From Octopus vulgaris (Eukaryota), in contig OX597822.1 in NCBI GenBank assembly GCA_951406725.2, positions 59,706,001 through 59,770,000 on the forward strand: a stretch of DNA of 64,000 nucleotides. Reading direction: 5' to 3'. Under the pieces are notes generated by a model, which saw only the letters and a program-made list of their open reading frames with translations, was not told the origin of the DNA and searched no databases. This document shows, piece by piece, positions 13,557-27,557 of this stretch. Numbering within the stretch: the stretch's first letter is position 1; every line of letters starts with the position of its first letter. The translations under genes and the position numbers were made by a program.

Positions 13557-13925
13557 TTGTGGTAAGAAGCTTGCTTCCTAACCACATGGTGCTGGGTTCA
13601 GTCCCACTGCGTGGTACCTTGGGCAAGTGTCTTTTACTATACCCTCAGGCCGACCAAAGCCTTGTGAGTGGACTTAGTACACGGAAACTCAAAGAAGCCC
13701 GTCGTATATATACGTATATGTCTATAAGTGCGTGTCTTTGTGTCTATGTTTTTTTTCTCACACCACCGCTTAACAACCGGTGTTAGTATATTTACGTCCC
13801 CATAACCTAACGGATCAGCAAAAGAGACAGACAGGAAAAGTACCTGGCTTTAAGAAAAGCTATAGGGTTGATTCATTCGACTAAAACCTTTCAAGGAGGT
13901 GCCCAGCATGACTAAAGTCAAACGA
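13557..13925 (+). mobile_element. Octopus-type tRNA-derived SINE family A (other copies about 16781-17180 -, 27225-27430 +, 38913-39263 -, 47600-47850 +, 49170-49305 +, 49963-50420 +, 56043-56448 -, 63850-63980 +)
   Basis: GTGGTAAG..AACCACATGGTT..GGTTCAGTCCCACTGCGTGGCACCTTGGGCAAG head, internal (TA)n, tail GGCGGTGCTCCAGCATGGCCGCAGTCAAATGACTGAAACA. Confidence 0.85.
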
Positions 13926-14776
13926 TAAACGATAATCGGTACTATTAATATATTAGAGTATTCCTATGAGCTGGTAGTTGCAACGTGCACTGGAACGGCA
14001 TTGAAGTGGCAATAGTGTCGCATAGATTTTAGTTTAATTAGAACTTTGAACTGTTATATGATTACTCTGGAAAGAAATGTTACGCCTATTAACATTGCTT
14101 TTATATAAAGTATTTGAAAGTTAGTCGATAGAGGAGGATCATCACCTTTGACTTTAGCAACCCCCCTCAGGCAAGTTAGATTGTTGCGAACATTCGATGT
14201 TGTCAGAGTGGTGCGTGTGAGTAGTTTGTTTGTTGTAAAAATCATCAAGTATTTTCTGTGTTAAGTTCGTAATGGTTAAACGTTGTGTTTAGGGGCAGGA
14301 TATTTATGTTGTGTGTGATTTTGATGCATTGCGTTTGTTGCTGTTAAACTATGATGCAAATTATAATATATTATCGACGAATTAAACAGTGTTTTGTTTT
14401 ACTGATAAAATGTATTACAGAATAACTCTATAATTTTAATCAACACTGACTGAGTAAATAAAACTCACTTAAATACATTATGCAGTTTCAAAGATGTTTC
14501 TATCTTATAATTTCTCTATGGACGAAGACGTGGGATAAACTGGACTGATTTCAATCCTATACTGGGTTATCATCTGTAACCCGCTTGTACCCGCTTGTAA
14601 TTCTTGATGGAGATATTGCATATATAACCATTATTATTAAGGGATATACTAGAGTGGTTACCCCCACTTGCTTAAATAATGCATTCTTGGAAAGTAGTTA
14701 TTTACTGATCGAACTAACTGCTGGAATACTTGATTAAACGAAATCAGTTTATCCAATTTAATGGACTCCTTAATAA

Positions 14777-14910
14777 GGCAGTCAGGATTTTGGATAATTC
14801 TTTACTAACACTTTTGTTCGTTCAACCGAACTCTTCAAGATAATGTTTTGAAAAGTTCGGTTGAACGAACGAAAGCGCTAATAAAAAATTATACAAAATT
14901 CTGACTGCCT
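14777..14910. repeat. Imperfect palindrome (~60-bp arms) next to (GA)n
   Basis: GGCAGTCAG..TTCGTTCAACCGAAC / GTTCGGTTGAACGAA..CTGACTGCC. Confidence 0.8.
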
Positions 14911-14951
14911 CCTTCTTACACCGCTGAATTTAAAGTAATACCAACTTTAAT

Positions 14952-15029
<78 letters not shown>

Positions 15030-15055
15030 AAGAGAAAGAGAGAGAGAGAAAGAGA

Positions 15056-15121
<66 letters not shown>

Positions 15122-17720
15122 CATATGTGTGTATGTCTGTGTCTGTGTATAATAACGGTGTTTAATATATACACAATGCCTTCATAGACAGTTATTGGTT
15201 GGTACTCAGTTGCAGGTGATATCCCAATATAAGGGTGAAACCGGTTCAGTTTACCGCTCTTTATCTGTCCAATTACATTTACTTCAGTTTAATTTATGCT
15301 TGTAGTGTTAGCTGAAATATTAGATTTATTCTATAATATATTACATCAAACTATATCGTAAATAAGGATCCAGGAGAATTGTTTGGAACAGAACATGGCA
15401 CTCGATGAGTTCTTCATTGACTTCATGAACCTTTTCGACTCAGTAAATTGACTGAATGTGCAGCTGATACTGGGAAGTTTTAGACGCCGAAAAGCTTCGC
15501 TCCTATAATTTAGTCCCTACTCATTGACATGGAGATACGTCGCCCACACTTGAGCTTGTAGTTTGATGATGCAGTACAAGTCAAACATAGTTGCATATTA
15601 GCGCCATTATTTTTCTCATTCCATCTTTCACCGATGCTTAAAAGGTATTTCATAACTGAAGTAATATACATTCAGAAAATTTCAGATGCTAACCTGTTTT
15701 ATTTGTCCCATGTCAAACGTAAGAATATGACATCACCTATCTGAGGGAGAGAAATGTTATTTAATGACGATTGAGTTCTTGCTTCCCGAGTCTGTGGATG
15801 CTTTTAAAAATGCAAAGCTTTACATAAATATGAAAAGACAGGTAAAGTAACTTGTTTTCTTATTTCTTTATTGCCCACAAGGGGCTAAACATAGAGGGGA
15901 CAAACAAGGACAGACAAATGAATTAAGTCGATTACATCGACCCCTGTACGCAACTGGTACTTAATTTCTCGACCCCAAAAGGATGAAAGGCAAAGTCGTC
16001 AACGGCAGAATTTGAACTCAAAACGTAACGACAGACGAAATACCTATTTCTTTACTAGCCACAAGGGGATAAACACAGAGAGGACAAACAAGGACAGAAA
16101 AATGGATTAAGTCGATCACATCGATCCCAGTGCGTAAGTGGTACTTAATTTATCGACCTGAAAGGATGAAAGGCAAAGTCGTCCTCGGCAGAATTTGAAC
16201 TCAGAACGTAACGGCAGACGAAATACCGCTAAGCATTTCGCCCGGTGTGCTAACGTTTCTGACAGCTCTCTGAAAAGTAACTCGTTTTCATCAGTGTTTT
16301 CCTTTCGATGATGACGGTTGTGCATTATGACTTGCGTCGGGATTGGTCTGGTAGGACGAACGACGTATTAAATCCAATTTGACGAAGAGTAACTCGGCAT
16401 TGTGAATTTTCAGTCAACGGTGATTGAACATTCGCGGTACGGTTCAAGTGAACTACAAAATGTATCGAATAATATTATTCTACCTGTTGCACAGAAGATG
16501 AGATATAAGAAAATATAGCGCAAACAAGTTTAAAATATTTGTATGTTTCTAATGACGTTCGTGACCTGTCTTAGATTGCGAACGTCGCTAAGCAAGGTCA
16601 GGTGCAACACCGATACCGTTTCCATAGTTTGATGGTACAGATTGTTATAGCGGAGCTGCATCGTTACGAGTATGTCCAAAGAAAAGAGGGAAGTTCATCA
16701 CCAAGACAACACCAAAACAAATACTGTAGTTGGTTGTGGTCCGAGAAGTTACGGCAAATACCAATTGCGATACAAAGATGTACTCTTTTACTCTTTTACT
16801 TGTTTCAGTCATTTGACTGTGGCTATGCTGGAGCACCGCCTTTAGTCGAGCAAATCTACTCCAGGACTTATTCTTTGGAAGCGTAGTACTTATTCTATCG
16901 GTGTCTTTTGTCGAACCGCTAAGTTACGGGGACGTAAGCACACCAGCATCGGTTTTAAAAGCGATGATGGGGGTACAAACACAGATACACAAACATATAC
17001 ACACATACATATATATATACATATATACGACATGTTTCTTTCAGTTTCCGTCTACCAAATTCACTCACAAGGCTTTGGTCAGCCCGAGACATAGTAGAAG
17101 ACACTTGCCCAAGGTTCCACGCAGTGGGACTGAACCCAGAACCATGTGGTTAGTAAGTAAGCTACTTGCCACACAGCCACAATATTATTAAACCTTAATA
17201 AATCTGAACCCTCACTTGCAAGCGAATATGACCTGATTGTCTTTCGCTAATTGTAGAAGGTGCATATGTAATCGCGAGAAGATATAGACAGCCACTAGAT
17301 CCTCTTACCCAATGAAACCGCCAGGATGTGTCCGGTGAGGAAGAGATGACTACAGCAGCATTCAGTTGGTAGACAGTTTTAGCGAAGTAGACCGAAGCAA
17401 TGTGAAATAACGTTCCGTAAATCAAGAACATATGTCACCCACTCGAAGAATCGAACCTACGGCATAATGATCGTGAGTTCAACGACCTAACTCGTACGAC
17501 ACGTGCTTTCGCATTAGATTTATTAATCATTGATACCCACGCCTGGACAATAGCAACTGGAGACTCAAACCTCTGAAGCAGAAAAATCTACTGTAGGTGC
17601 TACGATTCGTGACTATACCTATGGGAAATCATTCAGCTATTGATGATATATTAAGGTAACATTTAAGTACGTAGGTGTGTGTGTATATAGAAAGAGATAG
17701 ATAGATAGATAGATAGATAT

Positions 17721-17771
<51 letters not shown>

Positions 17772-18366
17772 CATAGATAGATAGATAGGTAGATAAAAAC
17801 ATACGTACATGCATGCATACATACGTACATAAAACACAATAGCAAAATCAGTTCAATGGAATCTCGCACTATTGTAACAAACAATAGTGTTGAAACGGTC
17901 TAGAGAAACCAAAATATAAAAGCGAGTGGAAGTTTCTCAAACCGTCAGAATATATTGATACATTTCAAGAGAAGAAAATATAAACAATTAAATGACAGCT
18001 AACTTGAAGTCATAGGTCATCGAGAAGCTTCAGATGGAAATCGAACATTCTCATAACGGTAGATCAGTTAATATCAAGTACAATGACAGTTGACAATAGG
18101 AAGGAAGAGTGTCTAGTTTCTCTAAGATCTCTTGTTGGGAATATTTCCCATGAATATTTATGTAGTCAATTAGCGCCTATATGTCCCGAAAAATTTAATA
18201 ACAGCAATATTTATTCTATAAATTCTCAATAGAACCGGTTAAGTCAGTTGCACGTTTGCAACAAAGAATTTCACTGTCTTTTCATGACTATTTTTAGTAC
18301 AGAGAAGGAAATTTATCGACTAAAACCACATCATTCGTACACATATATACGTATATACATATACAT

Positions 18367-18454
<88 letters not shown>

Positions 18455-18500
18455 ATGTATATATATATGTATATATATATATATATATATTATATGTATG

Positions 18501-18533
<33 letters not shown>

Positions 18534-18887
18534 GTGCGTATGCGTGTGTGTGAGAGTATATACACACACACGCATACACACACACACACGCATATATATA
18601 TATATATATACACATATATATAAACATACACATATATGTGTAAATACATCAAATACAAAACATGTATATATGTATACATAACCCTTAGAAAATAGATTTT
18701 TCTAATAAGGTTCAAGATAACGAGTTATCTCAATGTCGTTCAATGCTTGCATCGAGAAATAATACCCACAAAGTAAATTACGACTTTATGAATATTTTAG
18801 ATTTGAAGTTTGTTACAAGCTTATTAGATCAGCGTTTAGCTTGTTTCGATGGCATACAGGCGATGGAAAGTACAATATTCATTACTA

Positions 18888-19298
18888 GAGGGGTTAGACA
18901 AAATAATGGAACCACCTTAAAATTTCAAATAAATTTATTTTAATATGGGATAGGACCGCCTTTGGCAGTAATAACAGCTTGAATTCTACGAGGTATGGAC
19001 TCGTACAAAGTTTGACTTGTTTCCAAAGGAATTTTTGTCCATTCTTCAGCTAACACGAGGAGGTTTTCCCTCTTTCTCAAAGGCTGTCATTACTTTCAAG
19101 ACATTACTTCTTGATACACTACACATTTCGGCTGTTTTCGTTACGCTAGCGCCTGTCATACAAGCACCAACAATTTGACTTCTTTGAAAGTCCGATAGAT
19201 CTGTCATTTTAATGAATTTTAATTACCTTTTTCTGATGATATCTGAAAAAAACCCCAGCAATTTTAGCAAAACATATTAAGCAACATTAATAATAAAT
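18888..19298 (-). mobile_element. Internally deleted Tc1 element, same family as 5461-6066
   Basis: GAGGAGGTTTTCCCTCTTTCTCAAA and TTTTAATGAATTTTAATTACCT are reverse complements of sequence within 5461-5530. Confidence 0.75.
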
Positions 19299-19302
19299 CA
19301 AT

Positions 19303-19545
19303 GGAGGCACATGGCCAAGTGGTTAGATCAGCGGACTCGCTGTCGAAGGATCGTGGGTTCAAATCTTAGAACGGGTGATGTGTGTGTTTATGAGAGAAAC
19401 ACCTAAGCTCCACGCGGCTCCGGAACAAGGTAATAGCGAACTTCTGCTGACTCTTTCGCCACAACTTTCCCTCACTCTTTCCTCCAGCAGCTCACCTGCG
19501 ACGGACCGGCGTCCTGTCCATGTAGGTAACCGGACCTATAAGCCT
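19303..19545 (+). mobile_element. tRNA-derived SINE family C (also 41222-41536 + and about 25365-25590 -)
   Basis: GGAGGCACATGGCCAAGTGGTTAG..GGTTCAAATC head; AAACACCTAAGCTCCACG core. Confidence 0.75.
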
Positions 19546-20569
19546 ATGAAATAAAGAATTTTGATGAAGTATACAACGCACCACCCGGTCTAGAAATCGA
19601 AACCACAGTCGTTAGGCCGTGATTTAAACTTTTTATCTATTAAGCTACGCGCCTTCACAAATACAATTATAATAGAGTTGTTCATATTAAGGGGAAAATG
19701 GGTAGTCAATAAAGAGACATCAATACTTTATTTATGAAAGGTAAAGTTAATTTCGGCGGGGTTTGAACTCAGAACATAACGAACGGAATCAAATACCACA
19801 AGGCATTTTGTCCGATGTTCCATGTATAATATTCTTTCAGTCCAGTGAACTGGTCGAATCTCTCGCCCTGATAATCGTACTAGTATTTCAAGGAAACTTT
19901 CAAAATTTCCATTTCAAAAATAGATAATAAAAATATCACTCATGTTTGTTTTCAAGTCTTTCTAACACGACAAAGTTTGTATCTCAAAACGTCACGAAAC
20001 AGAACTTGAATTCTAAAGGTTCAAATTAAAAATTTGTATATAATCCAATTTTGCAGAGTGAAGCAGATTATATTTTATTGCTTTCTAAGAATTGTATGAA
20101 AGTGAGTCAAGTTTTAGACTAATATAACTGTAAAATAGCTTGTAGTATGTCGAAAATGCACAAACCTTTTTGATTCAATGATGCAACCGTATTTTTAATA
20201 AAGTAGGGTATAGAAAAGATTTGGCCTCTACTTCTAGCAGATCCATCGATTATGTAGAGGCCCCAACATTGGTTCGTTATGTAATGATGTTTTATGCAGC
20301 TATAAATTTCTCTCCATTTAGCAAGAATGGTTCTATATTTTAAATAAATGTCTAATTTGCCATGTCTCCTATAAAGATTTGAAATACTTTAAACAGATTT
20401 CACATCATAAAAAGTTAGTAAGTTCGAGAGAACGTAAAATAATTCGTTTTCATGTGTGGAAATCAAAGTAGATAAAGATATATATAACAGCATGCAAATA
20501 TTGGGTTACAAATCCTTTTCGAAATCTATCAGATGGACGGGAAGCAAATCTATCTCAAATGTAATGGAA

Positions 20570-21270
20570 AATATGTTTCAAAACAGGTGTTTCCAGGACA
20601 CAAAAGCAAAGTTTGTATGAAATAGTAGTGATTTCCTTTGGTTTCCAGATAGAAGCAAATAGGAAATAACACATACTGAGTATTCTTTCAACCGCTTGTA
20701 TTGGGTAATGGTTTGGCCACTATATTGTGCCTCAAAGTTAGATAGTATCATGAAAGTTACGGATAGCTGATGCTGGTAATATGAATCATATCTTCGGTGT
20801 TGTTTTACCTGCATCCCTATCTAGATGTTTTTTTGTTATTATGCAAAAACGAAACAATATTTTTCTCCCCCATCCTTTTCTTGTGTTGGAAAATCATAAC
20901 GGTCCAAGTGACAGCTAATACACCGGGTGCTGGTCTAGGGTAAAATCTTTGGTCAACCACATTACTGTCACTCTGATGTTTTCTGAAACATATCCATGCA
21001 AGACCTAGTGATAAGTGTGAGATCTATCACCCTTTCACATAATGCTTTCTTGCAGTCAGAGAACGCTTTCCGATAGAACCTTTTATCAACTCTCATGATG
21101 TCATTTACCTTATGTATACTAAGCAGGAATGAAACATAACGCATGTTATGAAAGGGAGGTGATGCATTATGTAAAAGCTGTTTGAATCAGTGTTAAGGAT
21201 CTGGTTCCTTATTTTTTCTTTAGGTTAACACCATTGGTGTTGTAGAAATTTCTGATGTTGGTTAATAGTT
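20570..21270 (-). mobile_element. Possible highly decayed piggyBac transposase C-terminus
   Basis: Fragments FYNTNGVNL (cf. YNxxMGGVD) and a Cys-rich end ..LC..CPGNTCFETYF. Many stops and frameshifts. Confidence 0.35.
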
Positions 21271-21729
21271 TGGCGTTTAAGAAATCAAAATATATGTGTG
21301 CACTGCTTCAGCAAATATATACTGACCCACAAATGTGTTTAGTGAGCTATATTTTAATTTGTTAAGTGACACATTAGGAGATTTTCAAGCCATCAAATAT
21401 ACCAGAAAGGACACAGCCAAGAAAATACAATTTAAGCTACTATTTGAACGGTAACAAATATATAAAACAATCCCAATTTTTCATGTGATCGGCTTGAAAA
21501 ATTGTTAAGATATTAAGATAGTTTTCTTAACATGAAACAACTGGTAGCCTTACCACACAAATAAATGCATTTATGTATACACTTATGTACGTGTGTATGT
21601 TTGTATGCATGTATGTATGTATGTATGTATGTATGTATGTATGTATGTATGTATGTATGTATGTATGTATGTATGTATGTATGTATGTATGTATAGATTA
21701 TTCGGACTAATATCACATCAAAAAATAAC

Positions 21730-22533
21730 TATTTCAAAATATCAAAGAAAATCCAACTAGATTATAGCCGGGAAATTAAAATTTACTCAAAGTAGCTGCC
21801 CTCAGCTTCCATCATAGCCTAAAGACGGCTCCGGAACCTAGCGCATGCGTTCTTGAATGTGTCCTCGGGAAGATCTTCGAACATCTTCTTGATCTTGGTC
21901 ACTAGCTTGGCCTTGGTGTTACAGACAAAGCAATTGTTTTGTTTTTTTCTCAACAGTACGCCTCACATAGTAATCCATGGCATTACAATCGCGGGTATTA
22001 GGAGACCAGAATTTGTGGATGATGAAGTCGTAGAAACTATCCGACAATCATTTCTGACTGTTTCCACAAGTATGGCAATAACCCGAATCCTGAAGCCACA
22101 CATATGCCCTTCTAGCAGTAACGCTCTGCAGCCAGGGCTTGACTACAGTTTCCATCAGCTTCACATAGCCGTCTGCATTGAGCCTAAAGCCCTGCTCAAA
22201 AATGTGAGGATGAATTTTGACGTGTGGTCGCAGTCTGAAACCCTGTTGTGTCTCCACCTGCTGGTCTCTGTTTCGTAGTCTCCTTTGTAGTTTCACGTAG
22301 TACAGCTATTAGTGTTCACGGTTTATGGAACAGCAGCCATGATATCGGCGTTCTGATATAGTCAAATTTTTTCCATTATTCAGATGACTTCCAGTTCACC
22401 ATGTTAGCTAACATTTTTTCAACTATAACTTTAATCTTTATGCTTTCCGACGGCGTTGACTGCTCCCCAATACCTTAAGCTGTTTTTGAATATAGTGACA
22501 TAAAATTTGTCAAATTTGGTCCGAACACTCTGT
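21730..22533 (-). mobile_element. Tc1/mariner (DD37D/maT-like) transposase remnant
   Basis: PHIFEQGFRLNADGYVKLMETVVKPW..YVWLQDSGYCH..FWSPNTRDCNAMDYYV. Confidence 0.8.
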
Positions 22534-22534
22534 T

Positions 22535-22566
<32 letters not shown>

Positions 22567-22602
22567 TGTATGTATGTATGTGTATATATATATGTATGCA
22601 TG

Positions 22603-22658
<56 letters not shown>

Positions 22659-22661
22659 ACG

Positions 22662-23701
22662 GTGCCAATGGGACCTAAAGGTGTCAGGTAAACTTTATGT
22701 ATATGAAACTGAGAATGTGTGTCTGTTTGTCTGTCTGTCTATGTGTTTCCCTAAAACAATTGAATTATATGGAGTAAGTAATAATTAAAATCAAACTAAA
22801 GTATACTATAATCGTAACATAACAAAAGTAAAAATAGCAATTGGTATAAAATTGTATCAAGGATTTGAACTTGAATAAGTGGTTTCACATGAATGGGAAT
22901 AAATTAAAAATAAAATTAGCGTGCAGAAATGGAATAGTCCAGATGGATAATAAAAAATTAAATTAAAGAAAAGACTATTGTCTATAAAGTATACAATGTA
23001 GAGAAAAAAGAGGATTTGAACACATGGAGGAAAGCACCTTCGAAAAGTGTCTTGGTGCGACTATGAAAGATATCTAATCAGAGGCGGTAAATTCGCCACA
23101 ATAGAAGCAAGGTTCGAGTCAACGGAGCGTGCAAGGGAGTACTCGACTCGAACTTGCAAAGTGGAAATATTTAATTTTTACCATTATATCTGGGATGTAG
23201 GACGTCCTGGAAAAAAATTTTAAATGCCTTCCTCCCCCAGAAGTAGAGGTAGACTGGATTGTAGCCACACTTCTATACAAGACGGAGGACAAGATACAAT
23301 TGATCGAAATTACAAGAGACGGGCTAACAGTTCCAGTCTGTTATATATTTTGAGTATTGTTATCACTAGCGATATCAAGATATAACTTTGTATTTTGTAT
23401 TTTATGTGTAGATGTATATATATAGATGTTCATGTAATATGTACAGATATATATACACATATATACATGCACTAGCACTATGATCCGGCAACGACGGGTC
23501 TTTAATGCTAGTGCTGAATAAGTGCTATAGACAGACCATAGTTAAGTTCCAGATTCGGTAATATTGCGAATAAAGGGTTCAACGTTGGTTCTATGTCACC
23601 GTGTGTATATAAGAATTTTTTGCGTAATAAGATAAAAAAACCAAGGCTATGCTCTAATAACTATACAGCCTTGGTTTTTTAATCTTATTACGCAAAAAAG
23701 T

Positions 23702-23705
<4 letters not shown>
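22662..23705 (-). repeat. Second copy of palindromic family P1, split by a Helitron
   Basis: 22662-22691 and 23512-23705 join to give the reverse complement of 413-676. Confidence 0.8.
22692..23511 (+). mobile_element. Non-autonomous Helitron
   Basis: Inserted between A and T with no TSD (empty site AGGTAA|TGCTG, from the 641-650 copy). 3' hairpin GATCCG..CGGGTC (23482-23500) followed by CTAG (23508-23511). Degenerate TC start and (TCTG)n near the 5' end. Confidence 0.8.
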
Positions 23706-23755
<50 letters not shown>

Positions 23756-24610
23756 CAGATGGGCTTACATAGGTTTCTGTATAACGAATTCGTATTCAGC
23801 CCCTGGCTACTTCTAAAGTCTCTTGCTATGATCGTGAAAATAACTTTTTCACACACACGCATACATTTTCTTATGCCATAATTCCCAGTTAATTTTATAC
23901 CCTCAATAAAATGATGAAACTAATTAGTCAGAAAATGATAAACGTGAGCAATTAAGTTACTACAAATAAAGTATATGTGGAAAACTCATATAAATAAACT
24001 ATGTATTTCGACTTTGGCGATATTTCCCAGGGAAGTGTATTTTGGCAATAATATTCTCATATGTAAGCCTAAACTAGGTTTTTAATACCTGTCTCAAGAT
24101 TATATAATTTCAATTAGTGTTATTCGGTACAACCAATTGATGCCTTGAGAAATAGCTGTATATCCGATGGTACTTCACAGGGCATTAAAGATGCCTTTAG
24201 TTTGTCAAACTAAAAGCCACTACAAATAGCAGTAGAATCTCCTATTCCCTTTCAAACGCACGTTACATAAGTAATACGTTATGATTCAAACGTTAAATCA
24301 GAGTTGAGATAGAGCTAAAAATAAAGCATTAGTGCTCCCATAGTGTGATGCCTACAAACAATATTATCTGCTGATCTAAGTTATTGATTTTGTTGTTTGT
24401 CCATCATAAAATAAGACAATTGAGAACAACGGACAGTATAAGTCAAACTGAATAGTAGGCTGGTTATGTTAGATTTATGTGACTGAAAAATAAATAATAA
24501 AAGTGGGCAATTAATAATTACACTAATAAATTGCGTACTAAAGACAAACCAATAAACCTAATAATAAACTAATGTACAACTAAATTTATACAAAGACACA
24601 CACACCCACA

Positions 24611-24732
<122 letters not shown>

Positions 24733-24826
24733 CATTATATATGTATATATATATAAGGATAAGATCGATATTTAAAATACAGTTTGCCAGCATGGGAATA
24801 AAAACCTTTCAAAGGTAATAATCATT

Positions 24827-25033
24827 TAAAATTATAATTTAGGGTATCTAAGAGATACCACCACACACACACATATATTTATATATATTAATTTATTAAT
24901 TTTTTTGTTAGTTTATTTTGTCTCTTTGTTTTCTCTCCTGCTGCTATATGAAGATTTAATGTGGTTTTAGAGTCACGTTTTGACTGCTATTTCCAGCGTG
25001 GTGGTATCTCTTAGATATCCTAAATTATAATTT
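24827..25033. repeat. Short element with ~35-bp inverted ends, related to the 5103/38033 family
   Basis: AAATTATAATTTAGGGTATCTAAGAGATACCACCAC and its inverse. Contains the TTGACTGCTATTTC motif. Confidence 0.55.
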
Positions 25034-25214
25034 GATATATATTTATATATATATACATACACACCTATTATCTACGATGATATGAAGAATTAATAGAATA
25101 TTTCGGCAATGACGATCTCACAGGAAAAGTCATATAACGGCTTAAACTGATCAATAAATAAAATATTTATATGTCAATAAAAGAAAATATGATTTTCTTT
25201 GAATAAAGATACAA

Positions 25215-25801
25215 GGCTATATTTATGGCTGGGTGTATGCTTACATAAGTATATACAAAAGCAAACGCACAAACGTGTATATATGTGTATATACGTAAAT
25301 TGTGCGAATGAATATATAAATATATGTGTGTGTGCGTGTATTACATTTATATATATAAATATAAATAATAAATGCACCCTTTTAAAGTCTAGCCAGGCTC
25401 ATGGGCCCGGTGTCCCAGTTTCAAAGAAGTTTGTGTACCCCAGCTGGACGGGACGCCATTCCATCGCACCGTTACTCATTTTTGCCAGCTGAGTGGACTG
25501 GAGGAATGTGAAATGAAGTGTTTTGCTCAAGAACACAACGCGTCGCCCGGTCCAGGAATCGAAACCACAATCTTACGATCATGATGCTCCATTGAAATCG
25601 GGAAACCGGTCCCATGAACCTGGCTACGCTTTAAAAGGGCGCATTTATTATTTTTTTTTTATACATATAAATCTAATACATGCCCACACACATATATTTA
25701 TATACTCATTCACACAATTTATGTATATACACATATATACACGTTTGTGCTTTTGCTTTTGTATATACTTATGTAAGCATACACCCAGCCACAAATATAG
25801 C
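25215..25801. repeat. Inverted duplication (~210-bp arms) covering a SINE 3' end and its flank
   Basis: 25215-25424 is the reverse complement of 25591-25801 with scattered differences. Confidence 0.85.
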
Positions 25802-25879
25802 ACTAGGGTCGATGTAATCGACTTACCCCTTCCCACCAAAATTTAAAGTCTTGTGCCTATAGGAGAAAAGGATTTACAA

Positions 25880-26335
25880 CAGTGGTTCCCGAGGTTGGTA
25901 AAAAATCTAGAGGAGGGGAGCGTTGAAGAAAAGTGGGGCGATATTGGAGGCCAAAAGTGGGGCGACTGATGTAAAAATCAACAAAATATTGGGTGGGTTA
26001 ATTTAGTTAAGCTTTATTTGTGAAATAGAGCTTTGAATTTGCTGCAATAAGTGGTCTTCGAGGGGGTGTTGAAAAGTTTCTGGTTTTAAGGGTATCACGA
26101 AACGCCTGATTGGAGGCCCAACCTTCCGAGTTCTTTTACAGGTCTCATCTAAAGACTGCTACCAAAAACATGAAAGGCCAATATGTCGAATAAAATCGTA
26201 ATTAACTAGTCCGCCAGGAACTTTCAGCACCCCACTCGTATGTTTGTGGTGGTGGTGAGTGGGGCGAAGGATGGCGCTAGGAATGTGGCCTGAGTGCCAA
26301 GTGAGTAACAGTTTGAAGAAGTTTGAGAACCACTA
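25880..26335. mobile_element. hAT-like MITE containing a nested mariner MITE (26059-26238)
   Basis: Ends CAGTGGTTCCC../..GAGAACCACTA with degenerate 8-bp TSD ATTTACAA/ACTTACAG. Inner TIRs CGAGGGGGTGTTGAAAAGTT / AACTTTCAGCACCCCACTCG. Confidence 0.6.
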
Positions 26336-26942
26336 ACTTACAGTGTTAGTAGAATGAAACAGTTTCAACTGCGATTTAAGATAGCGTCGCAGCCTGGTTT
26401 CGATATTCCCAACAGCGTACCACTTGATCTACCATCTTACCGCATTTATTGTATATATTTGTATTCAAATTACTAAAATTCCAGGTGGTATGAACTCTAT
26501 ATGTCTGTAGTTCATTAAATACATTAAATAGATTCTGTCAACAAATAAATGACAGAATAAAACTAAGATAAAACTTTCAGAATAAACAAGAACACAATGA
26601 TGAAAGACAGTCTAAGAAGAGAAAGTGACAAATAAACAAAGCGATCGATGAAACACAGGTGAGTTATGTCACGAATGCTTTGAATATGTGAACATTATTG
26701 GGCGGTGCTGAATATTCTACCTAGTATCAGTAAAATTCTAAACCACCACGCGCCACGTCAAGTTGTGTGGATTTATAAATAACTTTCAAATGACCAAATT
26801 TTATATACTTGGATTTTCAAGTATCCAAACAGAAGTTTGTTGAACGAATATTTTGCGTGTTATTTATAAATGAACGTCATAGACATACGTGTATGTGGGT
26901 GTATATATATATGTATGTATGTATGTGTGTTTAAATATATAT

Positions 26943-26981
<39 letters not shown>

Positions 26982-27107
26982 ATGTGTGTGCATATATGTA
27001 TATGTATATATGTTTTCATATATATTACCTATATATGCGTATATGTGTATGTTTATACATAAATATGTATATATATATATATGTATGTATCTATATTTAC
27101 ATACATA

Positions 27108-27197
<90 letters not shown>

Positions 27198-27459
27198 TGT
27201 ATGCATGTGTATGTGTGTATATGTTTGTGTGTCTATGTTAGTGTCCCCCACATCGCTTGATAACCGATGCTTGTGTGTTTTCATCTCCGTAACTTAGCGA
27301 TTCGGCAAAAGGTACCAATGGAATAACTACTAGGCTTACAATGATTAAGTCTGGGGGCGATTTGCTCGACTAAAGGTGGTACTTCAGCATGGCCGCTGTC
27401 AAATGACTGAAACAAGTAAACAAATAAAACAATAAATATGCGTACACACACGCACACAC

Positions 27460-27517
<58 letters not shown>

Positions 27518-27557
27518 ACGTGTGTACATATATGTATTTATGCATATATATATATAT

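Noticed and set aside
19230-19255. CTGATGA-TATCT-GAAA
   Set aside because: No stem II or III pairing and no NUH site. Lies inside a Tc1 remnant.
26441-26533. Possible minus-strand exon ending in GTAAGA
   Set aside because: Phase is incompatible with the 32557 donor and the peptide is unrecognisable
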